DNA from: Syntrophorhabdaceae bacterium
GTDB taxonomy: Bacteria; Desulfobacterota; Syntrophorhabdia; Syntrophorhabdales; Syntrophorhabdaceae
Direction: 5' to 3'
NCBI GenBank assembly: GCA_963665295.1
Contig: OY762209.1
Span: 480,001 to 544,000 of the forward strand
DNA length: 64,000 nucleotides
Below are positions 9,901-20,322 of the stretch, piece by piece (position 1 is the stretch's first letter; every line of letters begins with the position of its first letter). The notes beneath the pieces are model-generated. The model was not told the DNA's origin. It worked only from the letters and a program-made list of their open reading frames with translations, and did no database searches. Made by a program: the position numbers and the translations under genes.

Positions 9901-10884
9901 TCAAGTCTGTTCGGGCGGTTGTTTTTCGAAAATCGGAGTTATTGTCACGTTGTAAGTAGCCTCGTCGGTAAGGAGTGTCGCAAATAGTACCAGCTCGAAA
10001 TTTGTTTTGTCAAAACCAATTGATTTCATTCCATTCCTGATGTTGGGATAGCCCTTAAACAATATTTTGTTGTATTTCGGTTCGAATAAATTTACGAGGA
10101 ATGCCTCAAGTTCATTGGTTGCAAAAGTCCGAACCTCATCGAGCTGCTTGGGGCGAAATGCATCGTATACTTCTTCGTCACTCAGCTTCTTTCCATTTAT
10201 ATTTTCAAAATTATCAGAGCCAGACGGATCGATCAGTCGTCTTTCAGTGATACCGACAAACCTTAAAAAGATTAATGACAACTCATAAGGGCTAAACTCC
10301 CCTTCTACAAAAGGGTGTTCAAGTGCGAGAACCCTCGAAAGCTTTTCATGCCCCGTCAATCTCTCCCAGATATTTTGATTTTGGGCTTGTCCGATATAAT
10401 GAACGGTATACTTCAAGAATTCGTGGATATCTCCTTCAATGGATGCTTCTAACTGGCCTCTCCAATAGAGATATATTAGCCTTTCTGGTGATAGCCATCC
10501 AATAAACTCTTTCTCTGCGTTGAACAGTTTTATTCCTGCAACATTTCTAAACGGCTGCTCAGTCTGTTTCTCGCTGTAGAAATGAAATTCAACCCAAATC
10601 CCACCTCGACCCTTCAAATCCTCGTCATAGCTGTAGGGATTGAACTCAACCGCCACTTCTCTGTCGTCCCCTCTTTGTCTAATCTTTAAAGAAATGGTTT
10701 GAGTTTCCTCATCGAAGCGTACTTCATCAAAATAGAGAACAGGACGTTGACATATAATGTAGATTGAAGATCCTTTCCAGCATTCCAGCACCTCATCTTC
10801 ATCCTTGAAGTGTTCAAATTCGTACACAGTCATGGCTGGGTACGACATCATGAATTCCAGATCAACCATTCTAATCAGGTCCAT
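9901..10884 (-). CDS. Hypothetical protein with GIY-YIG-like nuclease motifs
   Basis: YTVHYIGQA...ERLTGHE...ELEAFLVNLFEPKYN shows the YIG, Arg, Glu, Asn order of GIY-YIG nucleases; starts 46 bp after the herA stop. Confidence 0.5.
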   Translation of the reverse strand: MDLIRMVDLEFMMSYPAMTVYEFEHFKDEDEVLECWKGSSIYIICQRPVLYFDEVRFDEETQTISLKIRQRGDDREVAVEFNPYSYDEDLKGRGGIWVEFHFYSEKQTEQPFRNVAGIKLFNAEKEFIGWLSPERLIYLYWRGQLEASIEGDIHEFLKYTVHYIGQAQNQNIWERLTGHEKLSRVLALEHPFVEGEFSPYELSLIFLRFVGITERRLIDPSGSDNFENINGKKLSDEEVYDAFRPKQLDEVRTFATNELEAFLVNLFEPKYNKILFKGYPNIRNGMKSIGFDKTNFELVLFATLLTDEATYNVTITPIFEKQPPEQT

Positions 10885-10930
10885 TACAAATCCTGCCAGA
10901 CGGCCATATTTACCCCCGACATAAAGAACG

Positions 10931-12466
10931 CTATGGATTTACCAGCCAATTATGAATTACTTTGGGATCATCGCTATCTGTTGTCGGATTAGCCGTTTCG
11001 ATCTTAACGATGTCCGAATAAGCGAAAGCTTCACCTATTACTACCGCATATTGCCTTTCAAGGCCCGATATAACCTTGAGTACTTCTGAATCGCTTGAAC
11101 TTAAAGCCTTGCTAATAAAGTCAAGATCACCTTTGTTCGTGATTTTGTGGATAATGTATGAATTGCATTGCGATAGGACCGTTTTTGATAATTCTGACGG
11201 TCTTTGGCTTGAGATAATGAGGCTAATGCCGAACTTTCGGCCTTCCCTCGCCAGCCTCTCTATATAATAGTTTCCAAGTTTATAGTCTTCCTTGTCTTCG
11301 TCGTTGATGTACCTATGAGCTTCTTCGAATACGAGAAGGAGGCTAATCTTTTCCTTGGCGCCCCGTTTCTTTGACGCGTATTGGTAGATTAGTTTGCTGA
11401 ACAGAAAACTGACGATATCAATTTCATTCTTATTGAACTCCGCCTGAATAATGATAATCTCGCAATCCTTAAATTCGCCAAAAATCTTTTCGACCGTGCT
11501 CTCGTTAGTATTTATGACTGAACTGATATTCGTATCATCCAAGATCTTTTGTAGGCGTAAATTCATGGTCGAACACCACTGAAGCCATTGGTTGTACTGA
11601 TTCCCAGCTTTCTTTTTTATCGAAGAGTCTATTTCTGCTTGTAGTTCCTGTAATGAAAAAGTTTTGTTGCCTTTTGCATTGAACGTATCTATAGCATCCC
11701 TTAGGACCGGAGCTTGCACTCCTTGACTAGCCTCTAACAATTTCACATATTCGGAGGTTGTAAGCGTATTGTGAGGTAACCTGAGCTCTTCCTTCGCTAC
11801 TATAGCAACTTTAAATTCCGTGTCCTTGAAAGCTTGGGCATACTCATTGTTCGCGTCAAAGATGATGATTTTGGGCTTTACTACAGTTCGCTTCCCGTCC
11901 TCGTCTATAAGCCTTCTCTTGGTTCCCTGTATTAACGATGCCACAGTACAACTCTTCCCGGTGCCCGTATTGCCAAAAATGCCTAAATGCTTCCCAAAAA
12001 GGATGTCCGGGTTAGCTGTGATTTTTATGGAACTATCAAGGAAACTTGAACCAACCTCGATTACATGCCTTGAACTGATGGACAGAAATTTCTGATAAAT
12101 CTCATTTGGCAACGCAAAGACATCTGATCCGATGATGGGAAAAGTGTTCACGCCATTTTCAAGCTCCTGACTGAAGTCATCAAAGATAGCCGTCAGTTTG
12201 GCTTCCACAAGATATTTGGAGCTTGTTTTAATATAAACGCCTTCTTTTCTAAAGACGTCTTTATCGTATATCTGAGTGATTCTCGCGACAATTCTCTTGT
12301 TATTGGGCAAGTATGAGAAGACATATTTGTGGATAGATACCACAAAGTCCTTGATGTTCCAACAAAGGACAATTTTGCTGAGCTCTTCTTCTTGAATCAC
12401 TTCGAAAAGAATATTGAGCCCTTCAATTCGAACGATTCTTCCTATTTTAAACTGTTCCTGCGCCAT
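10931..12466 (-). CDS. herA: HerA/FtsK-family ATPase of a SIR2-HerA defence system
   Basis: N-terminal HAS-barrel-like region, KHLGIFGNTGTGKS Walker A, LVFEEAHRY Walker B, REGRKFG...SQRPSELS. Confidence 0.9.
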   Translation of the reverse strand: MAQEQFKIGRIVRIEGLNILFEVIQEEELSKIVLCWNIKDFVVSIHKYVFSYLPNNKRIVARITQIYDKDVFRKEGVYIKTSSKYLVEAKLTAIFDDFSQELENGVNTFPIIGSDVFALPNEIYQKFLSISSRHVIEVGSSFLDSSIKITANPDILFGKHLGIFGNTGTGKSCTVASLIQGTKRRLIDEDGKRTVVKPKIIIFDANNEYAQAFKDTEFKVAIVAKEELRLPHNTLTTSEYVKLLEASQGVQAPVLRDAIDTFNAKGNKTFSLQELQAEIDSSIKKKAGNQYNQWLQWCSTMNLRLQKILDDTNISSVINTNESTVEKIFGEFKDCEIIIIQAEFNKNEIDIVSFLFSKLIYQYASKKRGAKEKISLLLVFEEAHRYINDEDKEDYKLGNYYIERLAREGRKFGISLIISSQRPSELSKTVLSQCNSYIIHKITNKGDLDFISKALSSSDSEVLKVISGLERQYAVVIGEAFAYSDIVKIETANPTTDSDDPKVIHNWLVNP

Positions 12467-13721
12467 GGCTTGTGCTTAGCTTTTGAAGCTCCTGGAATGT
12501 TCTAAATACTATGTCTTCCTGATTGTTGGCATCCGAATAAGGCATCAGATACTTGACTATGAATTCAAAATCTCCCAATACCTGTCCCTTCAAGATCGTA
12601 ATCCGATTATCTTCTTTGCTTTTTTCCCACAGCTCTTTGAAGTAGTCGCTATTCGCTTTATCCAGCTCATCAAAACAAAACACCACAAGATTAAAATCAG
12701 GGTTTGCCAGAGCATTCGTCAGGATGTCGTTGACGTGCTCATCCAGAAAACTATAGCCAATCACGATCAGGACGGAACGTTGCTTTCCGAGAGCCTCAAC
12801 AAACTGTCTGAATAGCTCACTATAGGGTAGGTCGAGCGAATGCTTTTTCTTGCTCTGTACGGGATAAATAATCGATTCGTTTCTAATTTGATCGTAAGCG
12901 ATCTTATGGCTTGACGCATCAACAAAAAGTTGTCTTTCAGAAATACCATATGGAGGCTTATTCGCATCTTCGTGCCATGATATCGACCCATGCAGCTTGA
13001 ACAGGTTGAGCGTTTTGTTGTATTTCTTGCCCATACCGGTGTTGTTCAAATGCAAATCCAACTGATACGAAGCAGGAGAAAAATGCCTGTCTTGAAATCC
13101 AAAAAATCCATTATTGACATATATACCGAGCTGCTCTGCCGTCTTTTCGATCAACAAATCATAGTTAAGAGTGAAAATATTTACCTTATTCAGTTTGCTA
13201 TCCCGCGAAATCACCTTTTTGAGAAATTGCTTATGGATGGCATTTCGAGAATAGTCGACATTCAACACAAACTCTTCTAAGAATGACTTCTTCAAGTTGA
13301 TTATCAGGGTGTCAACATCCTTTTTTGCGTCTTCGTCTCTAATAATTTCATCAAAATGATACTTAATCTGATACAGGTTATCGAGCGCGCTTTCGGGTCT
13401 CAACGCGGCATAACCATTTATCGTCGTTTGATATTCCTCATGTGTTTTGTCTTTGTTGAATTTAAACGTCGATAGTAACTCCTTGTAGCGTGCTGAACCG
13501 GCTGAATCATTTATTGCCTTAGAGCCAGCACAGTAAGAACAACCATTACTAATCAAGAAACTCAGATTATCACTGGAAAGGAACTTCGGCAAGATCTGGG
13601 TCCGAATGTTCTCAGTCTCTTTAACGATCTCATCACGCTTGGCAGGATTGCCGATGTCTTCTTTTTTCAGCTTTAGTAAGCTAAGCTCTGTATTATATAT
13701 GTATTCCATAATTAAGCCCAT
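12447..13721 (-). CDS. SIR2-family NADase effector (SIR2-HerA / Nezha-like)
   Basis: FTLNYDLLIE, LFKLHGSISW, VIGYSFLDEHVN; overlaps the herA start. Confidence 0.88.
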   Translation of the reverse strand: MGLIMEYIYNTELSLLKLKKEDIGNPAKRDEIVKETENIRTQILPKFLSSDNLSFLISNGCSYCAGSKAINDSAGSARYKELLSTFKFNKDKTHEEYQTTINGYAALRPESALDNLYQIKYHFDEIIRDEDAKKDVDTLIINLKKSFLEEFVLNVDYSRNAIHKQFLKKVISRDSKLNKVNIFTLNYDLLIEKTAEQLGIYVNNGFFGFQDRHFSPASYQLDLHLNNTGMGKKYNKTLNLFKLHGSISWHEDANKPPYGISERQLFVDASSHKIAYDQIRNESIIYPVQSKKKHSLDLPYSELFRQFVEALGKQRSVLIVIGYSFLDEHVNDILTNALANPDFNLVVFCFDELDKANSDYFKELWEKSKEDNRITILKGQVLGDFEFIVKYLMPYSDANNQEDIVFRTFQELQKLSTSHGAGTV

Positions 13722-13895
13722 TCTTATTTTGAATTATGGTTAGTGGTGGATCTTCAGCATTTGATGCCAATGCTAATATCATGCTGATTCCAAATAATTC
13801 CATCTATCTCGAAACTATTGACCCATGCTTCCATTATATACCCCGTCCCATTATTTACCAACAAGAATTCAGTAGAAAAATAAGCAAATCATATG

Positions 13896-13926
13896 AAACA
13901 GCCTCGCGAGTTTACGAGGCTGTTTT
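13896..13926. terminator. Intrinsic terminator-like hairpin
   Basis: AAACAGCCTCG-CGAGTTTA-CGAGGCTGTTTT, just past the stop of 13935..14684. Confidence 0.6.
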
Positions 13927-13934
13927 GCTGAACG

Positions 13935-14684
13935 TCACATTTCAAATCCGGAGATTACCTCCATGCCTGTGCCTTTGGCCATTTCTTTGAGCTTTTCGCC
14001 GAGGGCTTTAATCTGGGCCGTGCTTTCCCAGAAGGCTTCAGCGGCTTTCCGCATGTCTCCAGTTCCGTAATAACCGGCTTCATCATAAATCCTCGAATAG
14101 GCGACGTACCTTTCGGTAAGCTCGATGATTTTGCAGACCAGGATGTGAATCTTCACGCCTGCGTACTGCGTTTTGCAGAAGAATCCCTCATAGCCATAAA
14201 TGAGGTCAGGTGTATGGTCATATTGCTGATAGTCAGCGAGCTCCAAGCTGACCAGGTCGAAGACGAACTCGATGCCCTCACACTGAGGATGGACATTCAG
14301 CCATATCCCCTTAACCTTGGTATCGACGAAGAAATGTGGCTGCTCTCCGTTCCGAAATGCTTTGCGGACCTCTTCCGCATATTTGCTATCCGAAAATTTG
14401 AAGTAACCGTTGCACTGTCTTGAGACCATGGCCGGAAAAAATTCGATGCCTTCCTTCTCTACCTGTTCTTTGGTCGGTATGAATCCGAACCCGTAACCCC
14501 ACGAAGGACAAAGCTCACCTTTTATCTCCTTCTCGACGAGCCCGTGCTCCCAGCCAAGCTTCTCCGCTGTTTGTTGGAGTTCCGTGATAAGACTGTCAAC
14601 CGCTTCGAGACTCTTTGCCTTTCCCCTGTAATGAATTGTTATACCCATGGCCTTCCTCCTTTTGTTTTTAAGAACTGCTTTCAT
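13935..14684 (-). CDS. Hypothetical protein (MGITIHYRG...FCKTQYAG...DEAGYY type); likely start at MGIT
   Basis: Long ORF; an AGGAGG RBS precedes the internal ATG at 14648. Confidence 0.7.
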   Translation of the reverse strand: MKAVLKNKRRKAMGITIHYRGKAKSLEAVDSLITELQQTAEKLGWEHGLVEKEIKGELCPSWGYGFGFIPTKEQVEKEGIEFFPAMVSRQCNGYFKFSDSKYAEEVRKAFRNGEQPHFFVDTKVKGIWLNVHPQCEGIEFVFDLVSLELADYQQYDHTPDLIYGYEGFFCKTQYAGVKIHILVCKIIELTERYVAYSRIYDEAGYYGTGDMRKAAEAFWESTAQIKALGEKLKEMAKGTGMEVISGFEM

Positions 14685-14737
14685 GGTAGAGGAAGCGGGA
14701 AATGAAAAAAGACGGGCAATTATGCCGTCCGTGACAT
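14596..14737. repeat. Direct repeat copy 1 (~140 bp: upstream region + 5' end of the 13935..14684 gene)
   Basis: Near-identical to 19793-19934 (TCAACCGCTTCGAGACTCTTTGC...GAAAAAAGACGGGC...GTGACAT). Confidence 0.9.
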
Positions 14738-14899
14738 CCTTTCAATGAAGGTTAAAGTCCTGAATTAATAATTGCAGTCATGCCATGCCTAAAAGACATT
14801 GTGATTGCCTGGCCGAAAATACCTTTTTGGCTTGAAAATATACTAACGTGAGTGGTAATGGTTATTTAAAAACCGATGGCGACATAAGGGTGACTTGTT

Positions 14900-17800
14900 A
14901 TGGGAGATCAAGCAACCGGAATGAGTGCTTTCATCACCAGAGAGCTGGCAAAAGTTAGGGATGTCTATGTGACGGCTCCAGAGCGCATTATTGGCGACTA
15001 CAACACCGAGAATGAGAAAATCAGCGATTACAAGGGCAGGGAACTGCTAGAGATGTTGCAGAATGCCGATGATGAATCAGATATCGCACAAGACAAAGTT
15101 GCCTATATTGAACTTAAAGACGGTTTCCTAACAATTGCTAACAATGGTCAGCCATTCTCAGAGGATGGGGTTACCTCTCTGATTTATTCTCATCTCAGTC
15201 CAAAATATAAGCGTCAAAACAAGATCGGATCGAAGGGCACAGGCTTCCGTTCTATCCTCAGTTGGGCGAAACAAATTTTCATAAAGAGCTTAGACCTGTC
15301 TATTGAGTTTTCAAAGGAGAATGCAATCTCCTTCTTGAATGGCTTAGTCCTGGATAATCCAAATATTCGTCGATTTTTGGCTGAAAAGTCACCCTTTGCC
15401 GATCCTATAGCTATCCTTTTGACGCCAAAGTGGAAAGATACCGAGACCGGTACGTTCTCTGATTATGACACATACATAGTTGTTGAGCTTAAAGAATCCG
15501 TTGAAGCTGACGTTCAGCGGCAAATTGATGGTCTGGACAAAGAGGTTCTGCTTTTCCTTCACAATCTTCAACGCATCGTATTGAATAGTCCGGGAAGAAG
15601 AGAGGTCATCCGAAAGGAGCCGACGTACGATGGGAAGATAGAGATCAAAGTCGAGTCCATGGATGGGTCTTTCCTGAGCAATAGAACATGGCTTATTAAA
15701 GAGAAGCAAGGAACGTATGAGAATAGAAATTACGAGCTTAAGGTTGCGTACAATGAAGCCTTGGACGACTCAAAAAATATTCTATATTCCTATTTCAAGA
15801 CAGATGTCAGATTTCCCTTTCCTGCCGTCATCCATGGCACTTTTGAACTTACAGGAAATCGTAACCAGTTAACTCGCTCCGAAGTAAACAAATTTCTCTT
15901 AGGGGAACTCGCCCAGCTACTCATCGACGTTGCCCTGCAAATTGCCAATAAAGATACGGAACCGAGCTGGACGCCGTTCCGGCTCCTTTCCTTTACCTCC
16001 GGTTTTGATCAGGCTATAACCGACCTGGGGTTTGAGAATATCCTTTTAGAAAAAATCAAATCGAATAGGCTTTTCCCAACGGTCGTAGGCAACTACATCA
16101 CACATGCTGATAAACCAAAAGTGTACAGGAAGGATTACGCCGCTATTCTGCATTCTAAACCTCAATTTTCTAAGCTGACCATACATTCGGCAGATGAAAA
16201 TGTTTGGCGCCTTCTAAACCGATTGAGTTGGTGGAAGTATGATGCGCAATGGTTCTTCAGCCAACTCTCCGCCATCTCTAAGAGTTTCTCATTAGAGGGC
16301 CGTGCGAAACTTATCGTGTTCATACTCCAGGATTACGAGGAAGCCCTTAAAAGCATTCCCAAGGAAAAATTGCCAACATTATTTATGGACGATTCGGACA
16401 ACGTCATAGGGACTAACATTGAGGTTATCCTTCCTCCCGAGAAAGAAGCTTTCACAATTCCGAATTATGTTCATCTTCGATTTCTTAACGCTGAATTGTT
16501 TGAATATCTCTGCAGAGAACTAAATATAAAAGGCGCTCGTGCCCTAAGAGATAAATTGTCTGCCTTTGATGTTCAGGAATATAGTTTTGAAACGGTACTC
16601 AGGAGAGTTGTTGCTGGCACCAAAGAGCAAATAGAGAAGAAGAAAAGCAAGAAACTTAAGTACATAAGAACATTGGTTCAATTCCTGTGGCAATCATTTT
16701 CCAGGGGTAATGTATCGGACAACATCCCCAAGGACATAGATGTTCCATTGCTCAACCGATTTGAAGCAGTTGTGAGCGCGTCACGCCTGTATCTTGGTAA
16801 GGATTATGGCGATCAGGTCACAGAAAATCTTTTGAGAAACGTGGACAAGAAAATCTTCGTTGCTTCAGCAAAGCTGCTTGGCCTTGGTGATAAGGATGCC
16901 GACACCGTCAAACGATTCCTTTTATGGTTACGTGTCGCACAATATCCAAGGTTCCTGCAAAAGAGGTTCTCTCAGCCACAAGAGGCTGAATACGTGCATT
17001 TTGTCTATAACCAATTGGCCCGGCCCATAATCGTTGGTGACCTATCGTTTGATTCAGCTCAAGATCTCATTGACAGTTCCATCGGACACAGAACCTTTGT
17101 TGAAGTCGAGACAATAGAGTCCTTGGAGCAAATCCTAAATAAAGCCTTGACCGAAGACATATTACTGTGGCTGATCAAAGATCAAGCGATAGCTCGCATC
17201 ATTAGCGATAAGACAGAAAAAAATGCCAGTTCCAACTTTAAGATTGACTTCCACGGAAAGTCAAAGACAAGGTATCTTCGCAGCAACGGTATTTTCCCTT
17301 ATGCCCTCTGGGTCTTGAGAAGCAGGAAGTGGGTTAAGACCAAGAGTGAACGGCGAGTTGAACCAACGATATGTTGTCTTTCCAAAGCCATAGGTCCTGA
17401 CTTCTCTCCAATAATTGAAGCACCAGATGTTGACTATAACAGCAAGAAATTTGTCCAAGCTAAAGTAAGCCGCGAGGATATTGAACATCTTCTTGCGGCG
17501 GTGGGTGTAGCTTCCGACCTCACCAGATTTCCCACAGATACCATTTACTCTATTCTGCTCAATTTACCGGAGCTTGATGCGGCCGGGGACAAGGCAAAGT
17601 TAATATACAAGCAAATCATTGAGAACAGATCCAAGGATCAGATAGATCGCAGCAGCCCCGCTTATAAGCAGTTTCAAAAGGAGGGGAAAGTCTTGGCTAT
17701 ATTGAGCCAACAAAAGAGTTATAAGCCACTGCAAAGCGTTTACTACGTCGAAAATAGAACCTTTTGCCAAGACGTGATTAATCAGTTCCCTGTTCTTGAT

Positions 17801-19726
17801 CTTGACAAAAGGGTGGGCAAAGACAAGGTCAGGTCTGTGTTGGGCGTCAAACCCTTGGAAGAGGTTTCCTTTAGAGTCAAAGGCGAACCGAAGATTCATC
17901 CTCTCGGCATAGAGTTTGGGATAGATTTTGAGGAATTCAAACCCTATGTTTATGCATTAAGAGTGGAGAAGGACCCGAGGCATGCCCAGTTGTCAGCTCT
18001 GAAGCAAAGCAAAGTCACCCTGTGTACCGATGTGGCTGCCTCATATTTTTACAATGGCGAAGAAAGAGGATTTAGTGTGGAGTCTTATGAGCATATCTTT
18101 ATCAGCAAAGCCAACAACGTCTATTTGAAGGTAGAGGCCGATCTCCATAATTCGCTATCCGATTTTAGACGAGACATCCGGTTCTGCGAAACTGTTGCTG
18201 AAATAGTTTCCGGTCTTTTTAAGGTAGAAGAAAACAGAGAGACGATTGGCAATCTTTACTCCAGAGATGAACACCAAAGAAAGGAATTGCTAAGAATGCG
18301 GCTGGATGATGATGAATTGGTCAGTCTGGACCGCGCCTATAAATTACTGGAGATCACCACCGACCCTCAAAAGGATTTCTGGCACTGCGTCTATAGGGCA
18401 GCAAAACCCTCTTCCTCATTCCCAGAATTCACTGACGACGATAAACTCAAGGATCTCCTTCAGCACAACCTCCGCTTGGATGAATCGTTAATCGGCAGGC
18501 TCCTCAGAGACATAGATTATGATGACCTGAATTCGCCAACAAATCTGGCGATCATAATAGAACTTTTTAGAAAGATCGGGATCGATATCGCCGTTTTTAA
18601 CCAGCTTACTACGCGGACGCTGAACTTGACCGAGTATTATCGTGGACTGCTCGACGCTCTCAAGCATCGATACCAGCGACAATATGATAGTCATCTATAT
18701 ACGAAGCTAAAGAAAGAATCAGTAGAGAAGAAAAAGACATTTCTATTGGAGAAGTATAGATACGAAGAATTCGATGGGTTTGTGATTGAGAATTCGGTGG
18801 CATTTGTCCCTGAAGACTATTTCAGGTATTTACTGAAAGTAGAATTTGACTGCGACTTAACGGATATCGAAAACCAGCAAGTGATTGATTTGACCGAACT
18901 TTATAATGCTAACAAAGACAAATTGAAACAAGCATTGTTGGGTAAGCACCCCGTAACAACACATGCATATCTCGAAACGTTCTTGAACGATAAACGTTTC
19001 AGAAGCCTGATCTATTTTGGAGAAGCCGATTATCTAGAAAAAGAGTTTGCGGATAAGTACGGACACCAACCTGAAGCTATGCCTCAACCTCAAAGCAAAA
19101 CCATCGAATTCTATGGAAACAGAATACCATACCAAAGTCTGGAAAAGCTGGGAGCGGCAATTGGCGAGAACTTGCTCAGAAAAGACCTTCAGATTTTAAA
19201 CGTCACGCCTTGCGCAGTCGTATCGCTGGTGCAAAAGTCCGGAAAAGCCGGGACGAGCAGAAGTTCGGGCGCAAGGCCGCGCAGACCTAATGAAGAAACT
19301 GGATTCTTAGGCGAATGTACCGTTTATAGTCTGCTTACCCTCAAATATGGGAAGGAGAAAGTCTTCTGGGTGTCAGAGAATGCACTGAAAGCTGGAATCA
19401 ATGAGAATGGAAGCGAAGGCTTTCATTATGACATGCGGTACGTTGATGGCAGGGGCAAAACTATGTATGTCGAAGTGAAAGCGTCTGTCTCCAATGATCT
19501 GATTTTTCATATTACTCCTGAAGAAGTCGCATTTGCAGAAGAGAAGAAGGATGATTACGAGATATACTTTCTGCCGGGCATCAACAGTAGTGATGCAAAA
19601 GCTCTAAAAATTCCAGGATTATTCAGGTACAAGAAAGGAGAATCTTTTGCAAAGAACTCCAAGTTTTCAGTAGAAAACGATTCGTTTACAATTGAGTTCA
19701 GGCTCGGCGAGAAAGATAAGAAATAG
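14900..19726 (+). CDS. Sacsin-like GHKL ATPase fused to a C-terminal DUF3883/NOV-type PD-(D/E)xK nuclease domain
   Basis: ELLEMLQNADD, NNGQPF, IGSKGTGFRS, FPAVIHGTFEL at the N-terminus; GFLGE...YDMRY...YVEVKAS...FHITPEE at the C-terminus. Confidence 0.8.
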   Translation: MGDQATGMSAFITRELAKVRDVYVTAPERIIGDYNTENEKISDYKGRELLEMLQNADDESDIAQDKVAYIELKDGFLTIANNGQPFSEDGVTSLIYSHLSPKYKRQNKIGSKGTGFRSILSWAKQIFIKSLDLSIEFSKENAISFLNGLVLDNPNIRRFLAEKSPFADPIAILLTPKWKDTETGTFSDYDTYIVVELKESVEADVQRQIDGLDKEVLLFLHNLQRIVLNSPGRREVIRKEPTYDGKIEIKVESMDGSFLSNRTWLIKEKQGTYENRNYELKVAYNEALDDSKNILYSYFKTDVRFPFPAVIHGTFELTGNRNQLTRSEVNKFLLGELAQLLIDVALQIANKDTEPSWTPFRLLSFTSGFDQAITDLGFENILLEKIKSNRLFPTVVGNYITHADKPKVYRKDYAAILHSKPQFSKLTIHSADENVWRLLNRLSWWKYDAQWFFSQLSAISKSFSLEGRAKLIVFILQDYEEALKSIPKEKLPTLFMDDSDNVIGTNIEVILPPEKEAFTIPNYVHLRFLNAELFEYLCRELNIKGARALRDKLSAFDVQEYSFETVLRRVVAGTKEQIEKKKSKKLKYIRTLVQFLWQSFSRGNVSDNIPKDIDVPLLNRFEAVVSASRLYLGKDYGDQVTENLLRNVDKKIFVASAKLLGLGDKDADTVKRFLLWLRVAQYPRFLQKRFSQPQEAEYVHFVYNQLARPIIVGDLSFDSAQDLIDSSIGHRTFVEVETIESLEQILNKALTEDILLWLIKDQAIARIISDKTEKNASSNFKIDFHGKSKTRYLRSNGIFPYALWVLRSRKWVKTKSERRVEPTICCLSKAIGPDFSPIIEAPDVDYNSKKFVQAKVSREDIEHLLAAVGVASDLTRFPTDTIYSILLNLPELDAAGDKAKLIYKQIIENRSKDQIDRSSPAYKQFQKEGKVLAILSQQKSYKPLQSVYYVENRTFCQDVINQFPVLDLDKRVGKDKVRSVLGVKPLEEVSFRVKGEPKIHPLGIEFGIDFEEFKPYVYALRVEKDPRHAQLSALKQSKVTLCTDVAASYFYNGEERGFSVESYEHIFISKANNVYLKVEADLHNSLSDFRRDIRFCETVAEIVSGLFKVEENRETIGNLYSRDEHQRKELLRMRLDDDELVSLDRAYKLLEITTDPQKDFWHCVYRAAKPSSSFPEFTDDDKLKDLLQHNLRLDESLIGRLLRDIDYDDLNSPTNLAIIIELFRKIGIDIAVFNQLTTRTLNLTEYYRGLLDALKHRYQRQYDSHLYTKLKKESVEKKKTFLLEKYRYEEFDGFVIENSVAFVPEDYFRYLLKVEFDCDLTDIENQQVIDLTELYNANKDKLKQALLGKHPVTTHAYLETFLNDKRFRSLIYFGEADYLEKEFADKYGHQPEAMPQPQSKTIEFYGNRIPYQSLEKLGAAIGENLLRKDLQILNVTPCAVVSLVQKSGKAGTSRSSGARPRRPNEETGFLGECTVYSLLTLKYGKEKVFWVSENALKAGINENGSEGFHYDMRYVDGRGKTMYVEVKASVSNDLIFHITPEEVAFAEEKKDDYEIYFLPGINSSDAKALKIPGLFRYKKGESFAKNSKFSVENDSFTIEFRLGEKDKK

Positions 19727-19792
19727 GGAACTTGCGTCTCCGCCCCGCCCCGTGGCAATGATACCTCGGCCCGCCACTGCCTGAAGCTCAGC

Positions 19793-19934
19793 TCAACCGC
19801 TTCGAGACTCTTTGCTTTTCCTCTGTAATGAATTGTTATACCCATGGCCTTCCTCCTTTTGTTTTTAAGAACTGTTTTCATGGTAGAGGAAGTGGAGAAT
19901 GAAAAAAGACGGGCTTTTATACCGCCAGTGACAT
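19793..19934. repeat. Direct repeat copy 2; truncated pseudo-copy of the 5' end of gene 13935..14684
   Basis: Encodes MGITIHYRGKAKSLEAV, then similarity stops abruptly at ~19793. Confidence 0.9.
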
Positions 19935-20322
19935 GTTCAAATAAGAATTTTGTCTTCGGCTTTCGATTTCCAGAGTCTAGGACTAATGCAAACGCTTGCC
20001 CAGCGCTATCTACTGATGTCTCATAATGCTCGCAAAGTTTACCTTGAGGACATTCCTTTCGTGATGCCCAAAATGACTATGAGACGACACTGCGCCAATC
20101 CTCCTCCCCTCTCGACTTTGATAACTCTTGTGGGGACAGTGCGCATTTCGAGAAAACTTTGATGGATTGTGCTGGACATTCAAAATCACAAGTGATAATA
20201 ATCAGTTTTGTAAATGCTCTGTTTGCGGCAGACTTGTTGGCGTTCAGAATAAAACGGTGGTATCCCTTTTGTCGGAACCATTTAGTTTGATACATTTAAT
20301 CAATTACGATTGAGATGACAAG

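Noticed and set aside
19555..20313. ORFs 19555..19881 and the short ORFs at 19844-20313 as real genes
   Set aside because: The first is the truncated repeat copy reading into antisense sequence; the others are short, overlapping and lack clear RBS or motifs.
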